DNA of 64,000 bases, taken from assembly GCF_009914755.1 (NCBI RefSeq), contig NC_060930.1; one strand, written 5' to 3'. The notes beneath the pieces are model-generated. The model saw nothing but the letters and a program-made list of their open reading frames with translations, was not told where the DNA came from and searched no databases. The translations under genes were made by a program, and so were the position numbers. This document shows, piece by piece, positions 1-13,571 of the stretch (position 1 is its first letter; every line of letters starts with the position of its first letter). The stretch is from the human T2T-CHM13v2.0 reference genome, Homo sapiens.

Positions 1-2129
1 CAGGACCCAGCGTCTGTTCACCCCATGGGGCCACGCCATTCCAGGAGCCACAGGAAGCCAGCACTGCTAGGTTGACCTCAGTCCTTTAGCCAGGACACAG
101 CTGTGGGCACTATGCGGTTGCCGCTGGGTTCAAGGTAGGACCTTCTTCACGTATAAAGGGAGAAAAAGTGAAGGAATGGTTCCTTTTTCCAACTACTGAT
201 TTCTCCTCTGCTTGTGGTAGCTGTGTGGGGATAGTAAGGGGATCGTTTTAAGAAAAACCTACAAGGTGGGCATGGCAGTGTTCTGGGTCCCTGATGTCAC
301 TGGGTCGCTTGTAATCAATCTCCAGCCTTCAGCCTGGGGCTGAAGTAATAAGAAATGCCACCGCTTCCCTGACATATCCATGTCTGAGGTTTTGATTTGC
401 TTTTGGCAAACAGGCACAGAAGTTTTAAGTTCAGCCTAGGAAAGTCTCTGCTTGTTCCAGAGTGTTCCAGAGTCAGTTCCAGGTAGTAGTAGGGTAAACA
501 GGCTTGGGGGTGTGCGGACGAGGCCAGGAGCCAAGATGTCATTCGGGGATGGCCAAGCTGTAGGCGCAAGGCAGCCCTGACTATGGGGCTGGAGTGCGTC
601 CGTGATGAGGTGGTGTGCCTGGCAACTTGCAGGTGCTTTTGGGAGGACCTGGGGCAAATTCTTTAGTTCTTCCATGGCTGTTTCCACAAATGTGAAATGG
701 CGATAATAGAGCCCACCTCAGATTAAATAGATTCCCATGTGTAAGGCAGTCATGGTGCTGGGTGTTAAATGTGCTACATTATAACTGACCTGTGGCCATT
801 TCTTTTTTTTCTTGAAAGAAATTAAAAATAGCTATAATTTAATGAACACATGAATGGTTGGGCATTACACAATATGCTGGATAAATGTTGCTTAAATTCA
901 CCAGCTTGGTCTCACTTTCTGAGGCTTCCTACCATTTTTGAACTATCCCAAATGCCTTTGTCCTGAGCCAGTTTCCCCAGAGACTCGAAGCATCTGACAC
1001 TAAAAGTCATGTAGCTCAGCTTCAATGAATGCACAAATGCGCCAGCCAGCATCCCAGGAGATGACTGCTACAGCCAGGGCTGAACACCTAGTGGGCCTCC
1101 CACCCTGGAATGGGAAGGGCCAGGGGAAAGGACTCTGAGAACACAGGGGGCTACTGCGTTACGAAGCAAAACCTTTAGTGGAAGGGATGGCAGTGCTACC
1201 AGTGGAACTGAGCAGTGTGTCTGCTCCAGCATGGAGTGCCCCCCTCCCCTCTTTGGGTGCACCTGCGTGTGTCCTCCTTGTCTCTCCATGTGGTTGACCT
1301 GGGGAGAAGAACCTACAGCTGCTCTCGGCACGACTCCAGGGGAGCTGGGAGACAGACACACAAGCTCACTCAAGGAAACAGCAGGAAGCCATAGCCTGCT
1401 ACGGTGAAAGTCCATGTGGGGTCCTGGCCAGATCCCAGGGACCTGGGGATGTTGGCAAGGCAAGGGTGCCTTTTTCTGAGCAGTGCTTTTGGTGAACTTA
1501 GCATCCTCATCACCTGGGTCCCTTGTCAGTTACAATTAACGTGTGCGATCTGGATTTCCAATAACTCCCAGCATTTCTGCAGTCGTTACTGGTCTGCTAA
1601 GAAATCTCTGAGGACTCTCTGTGGCTCACTGAATTAAATGCAGCTTTTGATGGGATTTTGGAACTGGTGATACAGCTGCCTCTGGCAAGGATCAGACACA
1701 CGGCCAGCTGCCCTTTGCACACAGAGCCCTGAGCCACGGTCTGCGTGTGAGCCTGACTCGTTTCTGGCACAGACTCACCCTGTGATGCTCCGGGGGCCAG
1801 CTGGGAATGCCGCTGCTGCCTCTTTCAGGAGGCCAGCCCCCAGCGCTGCCTCCACGGGCCAGTAGGGCAGGGAGGCTGATGAGTGCCCATTCTTGCTTCT
1901 CAAGCTCTTAAGGCAACAATTCCATTACCATCGCTAGTTCTCGCTCCAGCACAGGGAGGACGGAATGGCTCTGCCTGTCATCAGATGAGGGGAGTCCACT
2001 CAGGGCTGTTAGTCCTTTAGCAAAGGCCACAGATGGGTGAGCAGCAGAAACGACATGGGAGCTGAGGCCGGGACCCACAGCCAACGTGCTTTTGCTCCAT
2101 CAATTGAGATGATCAGTTTTTCTTTTTTA

Positions 2130-3345
2130 AAAAAATCTTTTCAGAAGATGAATTACATTCGTTAATTTTCAAACGTTGAACCAACCTTTCACTTCTGGGG
2201 TAAGCCACACTTGGTCATGCTTTTTACCCTTTTTGTGTATCGCTGGATTCTGCTTGGCAACATTGTATCAAACCCTTACCATCTATGTTCATCAGTGTCA
2301 CTGGTCAGTAGTTTGCTTTTCTCATAATGTCTGTATCTGGTTTTGGCATTAGGGAAACGCAGGAATTAGAAAAAGAATTGGAAAGAGTTTGCTCCTATAT
2401 GCTAAGAGAGTCCTATATTGTAAAATAATTATTCTTTAAATATTTAGTAGAATTCAGTAGTGAAGACATCTAGGCCTGGAGCTTTTGTTTTGAGAAGATT
2501 TTAAACTGTGAAGTCAGTTTCTTCAATACAAAAATATTTGGGTTATCTAAATCTTCCTGAGTGAGCTTTGGTAGTTTGTATTTGCAAGTTTGTCCATTTC
2601 ATCCATGATACCAAATTTCTTGGCATAGTGTTGTTCATAACACCCTCATAATGTCGGTAGGCTTTCAGCCCAGATATCAGCAACTTGTGTCTTTTTTTTT
2701 TCTACATCACTCTAAGGATTTATCAATTTTATTGATTTTTTTCAAAGAATTTGATTTTGGTTTTATAGATTCTTTTTCTTTGGCTTTTCTCGTTTTCAGT
2801 TTGATTCCTTTCTGCTCTCATACTATTTCCTTCCTTGCACTTACTCTGGATTTAATTTGTTCTCCTTGTCCTCTTTTCTTAAGGTGGAAGGTTCGTGTGT
2901 TGATTGGAGACTTTTTTTGTTTTCTAGTGAAAGCATTTAATGACGTTCATTTTCCTTTCAGCACTGCCTTAGATTGCCCCATAATTTTTGATACATTGTA
3001 TTATCTCATTCATTTCAAAATATTTTCTAAGTTATCTTGTGATTTCTTTTTTGACCCATGGGATATTTAGAAGTGTGTTTAATTTCCAAATACTTGGGAA
3101 TTTTCCAGATAACTTTCTGTTTGTTATTTCTACTTTAATTCTGTTGTAGCCAGAGAACATACTTTATATGAGTTCGGTTCTTTTAAAGTTGGGTAAGATT
3201 TATTTAATAGATGAGCAAATGTTTTATGGTCTATCTTGGTGAATGTTCCATGTGCATTTGAAAATAATGTGAATTATGCCATGTGGCAGAGCATATACAT
3301 GTCAATTAAGTGAAGCTGGTTGATAGTATCACTCAGCTTTTCTAT
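2130..3345 (-). mobile_element. Old L1M fragment
   Basis: T-rich antisense L1 ORF2-like sequence (ggcctggagcttt, ttgtccatttcatc, aatgttccatgtgcatttgaaaa). Confidence 0.75.
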
Positions 3346-3346
3346 G

Positions 3347-4650
<1,304 letters not shown>

Positions 4651-4655
4651 GTAAC

Positions 4656-5801
4656 GGGGTGCAAGCTGTTGGTGGATCTACCATTCCATGGTCTAAAGAA
4701 CAGTAGTCCTCTTTTCAAAGCGCCACTAGGCAGTGCCCCAGTGGGGACTGTGGGGGCTCCAACCCCACATTTCCCTTTTGCACTGCCCTGGTAGAGGTTC
4801 TCTGTGAAGGCTTTGCCCCTGCAGCAGGCTTCTCTCTGGACGTCCAGGCTTTTCCAAACATTCTCTGACATCTAGGTGGCGGCTCCTAAGCCTCAACTCT
4901 TGCACTCTGTACACCCGCAGGCTTAATCCCACATGGAAGCCACCAAAGTTTACAGCTTGCACCCTCTGAAGCAGTGGCCCAAGCTATACCTGGGCCCCTT
5001 TGAGCCACAGCTGGAACTGGAGTGGCAGGGATGCAGGGAGCAGTCTCTGGAGGTTGCACAGGGAAGTGGGGCCTGGAGCCTGGCCCATGAAACCATTCAG
5101 TTCTCCTAGGCCTCAGGGCCTATGATGGGAGGGGCTGCCTTGAAGGTCTGTGAAATGCCTTCCAGGCCTTTTCCCCATTGTCTTGGCTATCAGCACTTGC
5201 CTTTCTTTTAATTATGCAAATTTCTCCAGCAGATGGTTGCTCAGCACCCCATTTGAATTCTTCCCCTGAAAACTGGCCTTTGCTTTTCTACCACATGGCC
5301 AGGCTGCGGATTTTCCAAACTTTTATGCTGTTTCCCTTTCGGATGTAAGTTCTAACTTAATTCTTTGCTTCTGCATCCGAGTGTAAGTTGTTAGAAACAC
5401 CCAGGTCACTTCTTGACACTTTGCTACTTAGAAATTTCTTCTGCCAGATACCCTAGGTCATCACTCTGAAGTTCAAATGTCCACAGATCCCGAGGGCATG
5501 GACACAATCCAGCTATGCTCCTAGCTAAGGCATAACAAAAGTGACCTTTGCTGTAGTTCCCCATAAGTTTCTCACTTCCATCTGGGAACTCCTCAGCTTG
5601 GCCTTCACGGTCCATATATCACTGTCACCATATAGGTCACAAACATTCAACCAGTCTCTAGGAAGTTTCAAACTTCCCCCATCTTCCTGTCTTCTGAGCC
5701 CTCCAAACTCTTCCAACCTCTGCCCGTCACCCAGTTCCAAGGCTGCTTTCACATTTTCAGGTATCTTTATAGCAATGTCCTACTCCGTGGTACCAATTTT
5801 C
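4656..5801 (-). mobile_element. ERVL-MaLR internal sequence (MST/THE1-int), truncated
   Basis: Typical MaLR internal sequence (ORF-like MKAALELGDGQRLEEF..., DLGYLAEEISK), directly abutting the LTR. Confidence 0.85.
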
Positions 5802-6216
5802 TGTTAGTCCATTCTCACGTTGCTATAAAGAAATACCTGAGACTGGCTAATTTATGAAGACAAGAGATCTGATTGGCTCACAGTTTTGCAGGCTGACAGG
5901 AAGCATGATGCTGACATCTGCTCAGATTCTGGGGATGCCTCAAGAAGGTTGCAATCATGCCAGAAGGTGAAGAGGGAGCAGGCATGTCACATGCCAAAAG
6001 CAGGAGACAGAGAAAGAGTGGGAGGATGCCACATTTTTAAACAACTACGTCTCACAAGAACTCACTATCACAGAAACAACATCAAGTGGATGGTGCCACA
6101 CCATCATGAGAAATCTACCCCCACGATCCAGTCACCTCCCACCAATCCCCACCTCCAATACTGGGGTTTACGATTCAACATGAGATCTGGGTGAGGAACA
6201 CATCCAAACTATGACA
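5802..6216 (-). mobile_element. MST-type MaLR LTR (5' LTR of the element)
   Basis: Plus strand tgttagtccattctcacgttgctataaagaaatacctgagactgg ... gagatctgggtgaggaacacatccaaactatgaca corresponds to the antisense LTR termini. Confidence 0.85.
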
Positions 6217-6350
6217 CTATGCCACTTCCACAGGGGGTAAGAACACTGACATGGTGGTTCTTTTCCATCCTTTGTGCTGTTATTGTCATAACTTTTACTT
6301 CTACATAAGTTATAAACTCTAGAGTACATTTTTCCTATTTTTGCTTAGTC

Positions 6351-7434
6351 TTTTTTTTAAGTTCTGGGATACATGTGCAGAATGTGCAGGCTTGTTACAT
6401 AGGTATACATGTGACATGGTGGTTTGCACCTATCAACCCGTTACCTAGGTTTTAAGCCCCGCATGCATTAAGTATATGTCCTAACACTCTCTCTCCCCTC
6501 ACCCCCCACCCCCCCCCCCACCCCCTGACAGGTCCCAGTGTGTGTTGTTCCCCTCACTGTGTCCATGTGTTCTCATTGTTCAACTCCCACTTATGAGTGA
6601 GAACATACGGTGTTTGGTTTTCTGTTCCTGTGTTTGCTGAGAATGATGGCTTCCAGCTTCATCCACATCCCTGCAAAGGAGGTGATATAATTCTTTTTTA
6701 TGGCTGCATAATATTCCGTGGTGTATATGCACCACATTTTCTTTCTCCCGTCTATCTGATAGGTATTTGGGTTGATTCTAAGTCTTTGCTATTGTGAACA
6801 GTGCTGCAATAAACAAGTGTGCATGTATCTTTATAGAAGAATGATTTATACTCATTTGGTTATATACCCAGTAATGGGATTGCTGGATTAAATGGTATTT
6901 CTGGTTCTAGATCCTTGAGGAATTGCCACACTGTCTTCCACAATGGTTGAACTAATTTACACTCCTACCAATGGTGCAAAAGCATTCCTATTTCTCCACA
7001 GTCTCACCATTATCTATTGTTTCCTGACTTTTTAATAATCACTGTTCTGACTGGCATGAAATGGTATCTCATTGTGGTTTTGATTTGCATTTCTGCAATG
7101 ATCAGTGATGAGCTTTTTTTTCATATATTTGTTGGCTGCATAAATGTCATCTTTTGAGAACTGTCTGTTCATGTCCTTTGCCCACTTTTTGATAGGGTTG
7201 TTTTTTTTTTTTCTTATAAATTTAAGTTCCTTGTAGATTCTGGATATTAGACCTTTGACAGATGGGTAGATTGCAAAAATTTTCTGCCATTCTGTAGGTT
7301 GCCTGTTCACTCTGATGATAGTTTCTTTGGTTGTGGAGAGGCTCTTTAATTAGATCTGTTTGTCAGTTTTGACATCTGTTGCAATTGCTTTTGGTGTTTT
7401 AGTCATGAAGTCTTTCCCATGCCTATGTCCTGAG
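6351..7434 (-). mobile_element. 5'-truncated L1PA 3' end
   Basis: Antisense L1 3' UTR (catgtgcagaatgtgcagg, C-run at ~6500) and the ORF2 C-terminus (ORF 7032..7310 [14 protein letters not shown]...KWAKDMNR). Confidence 0.93.
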
Positions 7435-7704
7435 TGCAACTAAAAATAAGAAAAATTCCTTTGATTATAGATTTTCATTTTTACAATTTTCAGTGTTCTT
7501 TGGTGTGTGTGGAGATACTATTAAAATAACTTCCGTGTAGCATCACATTCCAATGTAGTTCTGCTCTAATTTTCTCAGCCTCTGTTTGCTGAAAATAAAT
7601 GGTCACAGATTGAATTTATCTAAAGAAATCTATATTTTATCCTCATTTTTGAAAGATACATTTATTTGGTATAGAATTCTAGGTAAGCAGTTTTTTGTCT
7701 CAGT

Positions 7705-8690
7705 ATACTATTCCCTTTTATCCACAGAAGATGCATTCTAAGACCCTGAGTAGATTCCTGCAAATGACTATTACTGAATCTTATATAAACTATTTTTGTA
7801 CATATGTGTATATATATGTATATATATAAAAAATAGGATCACTGGGTCAAACGGTATATGTATATCGTATATATGTGTATACACATATACATATATATAA
7901 TATATACATATACATATATATGTAAACCAAAAAGTGAGCAAGGCAGATCTCAATCAGTTTAGTGGTTTATTTTGCAAAGGTTGAGGCTGCACCTTGGGGG
8001 GAAAACATAAGTTACAGTAGGATCTGTGGCCTGTGCTTTTTCCAAAGAGAGTTTTGAGGACTTCAGTATTTAAGGGCAAAAAGCAAATAGAAGAAAGGAG
8101 GAAGGGGGAAAAAGGGCCACGAAGCAAGTGGTTACATTCTTGTGAGGCTTTGGTTAGGACTGAGTGAATCTACGTTTTACACACGAAAAGGAGGGGGTAG
8201 AGGAAAAAATTAGGTACTTGGCTTGCACTCAGTAAATCTACGTTTTTCATAAGACAAAATAAGCAAGTGAAATTACAGCAGTATTTTTGGGAACAAAAGG
8301 AAGGCAGTTTTTGCATGACTCAGACCTCAAGCTTAACTTTTCCCTTTGGTGTAGTGGCTGAGATTTTATTTTCCCTTCACACATGCATACCTATGATAAA
8401 GTTTAATTTTTAACCTTGGCAGGGTAAGAGAGTAACAACAATAACTCATAATAAAATAGAACAGTTATGTGATTGTGGCCTTTCTCTTTTGCCCTCTTTC
8501 TCAAAATATCTTTTCTGTGCTATACTCACCCTTCTTGTGATGAACAAAGGCTGGAGTGGGACAGCAAGAGATTCATCACACTAGTTAGAATGACATGCAA
8601 TTTAAGTCTTATAAGTTGTTTGTTTCTGGAATATTCCATTTAATATTTTCAGACCCTGATTGACTGCCAGAAAGGGAAACCCCTACTAAA
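7705..8690. mobile_element. MER44/Tigger7-like DNA transposon, interrupted by a TA tract and an LTR
   Basis: tatccacagaagatgcattctaagaccc... then, after the LTR, catacctatgataaagtttaattt...tttctggaatattccatttaatattttcagacc. Confidence 0.65.
7921..8380 (-). mobile_element. MER4-family ERV1 solo LTR
   Basis: tgtaaaccaaaaagtg ... gcttaacttttccctttgg ... gagattttattttcccttcaca, with TG...CA termini. Confidence 0.7.
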
Positions 8691-8699
8691 CAAATTTCA

Positions 8700-9600
8700 C
8701 TGTATTGTCTTTGGCCTGCATAATTTTAGATAAGAAATAATCTGTAAATCTATACATAATGTTTCTTTTTCTACAACTGCCTTTTAAGATTTTTTGTCTA
8801 TCTTTGCAAAATACTAGTTGGACTGTGTGTCGTGTGTGTGTGTGTCTGTGTGTCGTGTATGTGTATAAATGTATTTATATTGCTTAAGGTTCTTAGAGCC
8901 TCTTAGATCTGTGGTTTGTTGTATTTCATTAATTTTGGAAAATTTTCAGCTACTGTCTCTTCAAATACCTTCACTTCATTTTGTCTCTCTTCTTCTGGAG
9001 GTCCAAATAAGGATATGTTAGACCATTTGATATTGTTCCACATTTCTAGGATGCTGTGTTCAGTTCCTGCCATCCCCCCAACCCCTGGTCTTCTTTTATT
9101 TCCTTTGGATAGTTTCTACTGACTTCATTGCTACATTATATTCATTCTGCTAAAAGCTCATTGAAGGAATTCTTTGTATCTGACACTATTTTCATTTCTA
9201 ACATTTCCATTCAACTTTTTTATTGTCTCCAACTTTCTGCTAAAATTTTCTATCTGTCCATACATGTTGTTCACTTTTTCCACTAGGTTCTTTCATAGAT
9301 TAGTTATTTTAAAGTCCTATCAGATACTTCTAACATTTGGTCATCTGTGTATGTGGTCTGTTGATTGCTTGATTTCTTGAAAATGTTTTTTTCTTAAATC
9401 TTTATTGTGTCTCAATTTTTGATTGAATGGCACAGATATGATGTGTAGAAAATAATTTACTGAGGTAAATAACATATACATTTGGAAATACGCAGGCTCT
9501 TCATTAGGGTGGAGGGTAGAGTCAACTGAGTCAGCAGTTGAGCTGGGTTTGTTTTTTGCTTTTGCTTTCATTACCTTTAGTGGCTGTAAAAAACCTCTAG
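8700..9600 (-). mobile_element. Old L1M fragment
   Basis: aattttggaaaattttcagctactgtctcttcaaata and similar antisense L1M motifs. Confidence 0.65.
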
Positions 9601-9974
9601 CAGTGGGCTTCTGTAGATTTTGCTTGGTGGGAGCCCGGGTGGTAGAGAATTCCACCCTCACCTTTCAGCAGTCTCTGCAGCCCCCTTCCCCACCATAGAG
9701 GGGGGGCTATATTTATGCTTGTTCTCCTCCCCTGAGTAGACTGATGCTGTTACTCAATGTTAGGCTCATATCAAGCCTAATATTAATGATGTTAGGGACT
9801 TTTCAGTTCTCCAGGTCCAGCCTCAGTCTCAGGCAGGATCTGTGCACCTGGGTCCTGAGAGTGTGGCCATCTAGTGTACTTTGCTCTCTCACCACTGTCT
9901 CTATTGATATTCCAGGACCCATCTTTATTAAGGATTTAGTTAACCCTTAGACTCTCAGAGCCGTTTTTAATAGT

Positions 9975-10750
9975 ACTTTCAGCTTTATTGAGGTATAATT
10001 GACATTTAAAAATTGTATATATTCAATATGTACAATGCGATGTTTTGATATACCTATATATTGTGAAATGATTTCCACAAGCAAGATGGTTAACATATCC
10101 ATCAGCTCACATGGTTACTTTTTGTGGTGAGAATACTTAAGATCTACTCTTATGAATTTCGAGTATACAATTCACCATTGTTAACTACAGTTAACCATGC
10201 TGTACATTAGGTCTCCAGAATTTCTCATAACTGCAATTTATGTCCTTTGACCAACATCTACCCCTTTCCTCCACCCGACCCCAACCCATGATAATCACCC
10301 TTCTACTTTGTTTCTGAGTTTGACTTTTTAAGATTCCACATGTAAGTGAATATGTGGAATTTATCTTTCTCTTCCTGAGCCTGGCTTATTTCACTTGGCA
10401 TGACATCCTCAAGGTTCATCCATGTTGTTGCAAATGGTAGAATTTCCTTCTTTTTGTGGCTGAATAGTATTCCATTGTGTAGATACACCACAGTCTCTTT
10501 CCTCATTCACCTGTTGATGCACACTTGCACTGTTTCTGTATCTTTGGCTGTTGTGGATAGTGCTGTAGTAAATATGAGAGTGCAGATATCACTTTGAGAT
10601 AGTAATGTATTTCCTTTGGATAGATAACCAGTAGTGGGATTGTCAGATCACATGGTAGTTCTATTTTTAATTTTTTTAGGAACTTCTATACTGTTCTCCA
10701 TAATGGCTAAAGCAATTTTCATTCCCACAAACAGTGTACAAGGGTTCCTG
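9975..10750 (-). mobile_element. L1MA/MB 3' end
   Basis: agctttattgaggtataattgaca... The ORF at 10303..10506 reads EILPFATTWMNLEDVM..SEISQAQ, the L1 3' region. Confidence 0.88.
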
Positions 10751-13247
10751 AAGAGGAACTTCAAGGCTAACTGGTCCAACCATTTACCCAAATTCTCTAA
10801 TTGTCTGGCCTGTGTATTTGTATCTCCCAGAGATAATGGGACTCTCCAGCATTCAGGGCAGCCTATTTTATCTCTGGGCAGCTCTGATTGCCAGAAGATC
10901 TCTCTCGTGTCAAGTTTCAATTGGTCCTTTCATAATTTTCGCTCGTTAAACCTATCTCTTTCGGCTAAATGTAAGCTTATTACATGTTCTAATGGCAGCT
11001 CTTCTAATATTGGAAGACAAATATTACTCACCCATATATTTAAAAAGTTATTGAGTGTCAATGTGCCAGATACTAGAATAGAAACCAGGGAATCAGACAT
11101 GGAAAAGGCATAGTCTTGCTTTCCTGGATCTCAAAGTCTAGTTGTAAAAGCACGTAACTGCAATGCAATGTGGTAAGAGTAATGGCATACATTTTCAAAG
11201 AGCATTTTGGGAACACGAAGAAAAGCATCTATTTGTGGGGACAAAAAAAAAAGTTAGGAATGGCTGTCTAAGAGAGCTGAAACTTATGGAGAGGTCAAAT
11301 TGGTCACATAGAGAGGAAGGACATTCCAGGCAATGAATGTTATTAGCAAAGGGTTGGAGGTGTGCATCATGGAAATCACAAAAAATCCAGGTGTGGATTC
11401 TGGTACGTAAAGAAAGGAGTGAAAGCTAAAGCAGGCAAGGTGGTCGGGAAGCACATCCTGCAGGGCTGTCTGCTGTATCCCGTATGCAGTAAGAGCATTG
11501 GAAAGTCTTGGTGGAGGAGTAGCATAGGGTATGGTATCCAGTATCCAGATATAGAAATACTTACCACACTGTGCTGCGAGGTTGCATTTGGGTCGGAAAA
11601 GGGTGGTGGGAGGCAGGGAGGCCAGCTGGTACGTTTTCCTGGTGGCAGATGGCCAGGGCCTGCATTAGCCAGGGCAGTGATGATGAAGTAGTTGCCCATT
11701 GGACAGATTGCTCCAGGGTGAAGTTGATGATGGGTGGTGGTTGGCCAGGTGGGAGGCGTGAGGGAGAAGAACACACGGGAACGGCTGGGTTTGTGGATTA
11801 TGTGCTGGGTGGACAGCAGTGTATCCCCTGACACAGACAGCTCAGGGGAGCCCTGAGTGAGGGGCAGGGAGGTGAAATCCGCTTTGAGCCCAACAACTTG
11901 GAGATCCATAAATTACACAGGTGGTGCTTAGCAGGCAGTTGGGCAGATGAATTTCAAGTCTGAGAGAAGAAGGGGTCAAGGGTGTCTTAGTGGCTAATAA
12001 TTTGAGTGGGTTGGACCCCACCCCACCATACAGGCACAGCGAGTGGGGAGCGTAAGCAGAGTGATTTCTGGGGGAAAGCCTGGTGATTGTTGGAATTTAG
12101 GGGCTGTGTGGAAGAAGAGGAGCCTAAGAAGGAGACGGAAAGATGAGGAGGAAGGGCTCAGAGGGAAACAGGAAGGTGTGGTTTCACTGAAGCCACGGGG
12201 CCAGAGGAATCTCAGGAAGCAGGAAAGCATGGACTTCACTTCACATTCAAGATGTCAATAGCCTTGCTTGTCAGACTTCTTACTAAAATGCTACCCCTTA
12301 AGTAAAGTCTCACCGCACCAGCAGCAAAGGCCTGCAGAGGGAACATAATGCCGGACGCAGGAGGACGCAGTGATGGCCCGGAGGGAGGAGTATGCCGGAG
12401 AGATACCAGCTCAGGCTTCCACTTTGTTTTCCAGGCACAGAAGCGCTGCCACCCTCCCTGGCACCTGTCTCCAGTCCTAGCGCCCAGGCAGGCAGACAGA
12501 TTTCCCTCCTTCATGGGGGAGTCTGACACCTGCAACCACGTCGCAGCTCTTCCTCCGTCCTTTTCTGCATTTAGGAAAAGGGTATACTCCTAGGAAACAA
12601 CCATGCAGAAAGGGGATGTGTGGGGGCTGACAGCTGGCAGTGGGGCTTTAACTTCTAGCAATTTTTTCTAAGAAAACAATGAGAGTGAATAGATATGAAG
12701 TACTAAGGAGTTCATTCATCACAAGATTGTTCTCCAACAAGGAAAATGGGCAACAATCAACATTCCCAAAGGTAGGCAAGTCCACGCCCTGCAACCCAAT
12801 GCAGCCACTAAAATGAATGTCTTCATATTTTTAATAAGGCAAGATGATCATATTTTAAAGGTGGTTGCTACATGTTATGTATTATTAATTCGTTAACATC
12901 CATTTAATATGTAAGCACAGAAGAGTCCGGAAGGCTAACAGTAAAATGTTAATAGTGGTTGTCTCTAGGTAGTAGGACCATAAATTTTTTTTTTTTTTGG
13001 CTTACCTTTATTTCAGCATTTTCTTCAACATTTACCAAAACGACTTGGGTTATGAAAAATTATTTGAAGGACTGATCAAAAGGTCCAAAAGCCTCATGAG
13101 ATAAGATCTGAAACGTGGGTATGACCTGGCAATTTGGAAGCCACTGGTCATCTTAGTGAGGAGACTTTCCTTAGTGAGCCAGAAGGTGGAATACGGGGGA
13201 TTCCGAAGCCAGTGGTAGGTGGTGACTGAGTGTGGGAGGTGTCTAAT

Positions 13248-13571
<324 letters not shown>

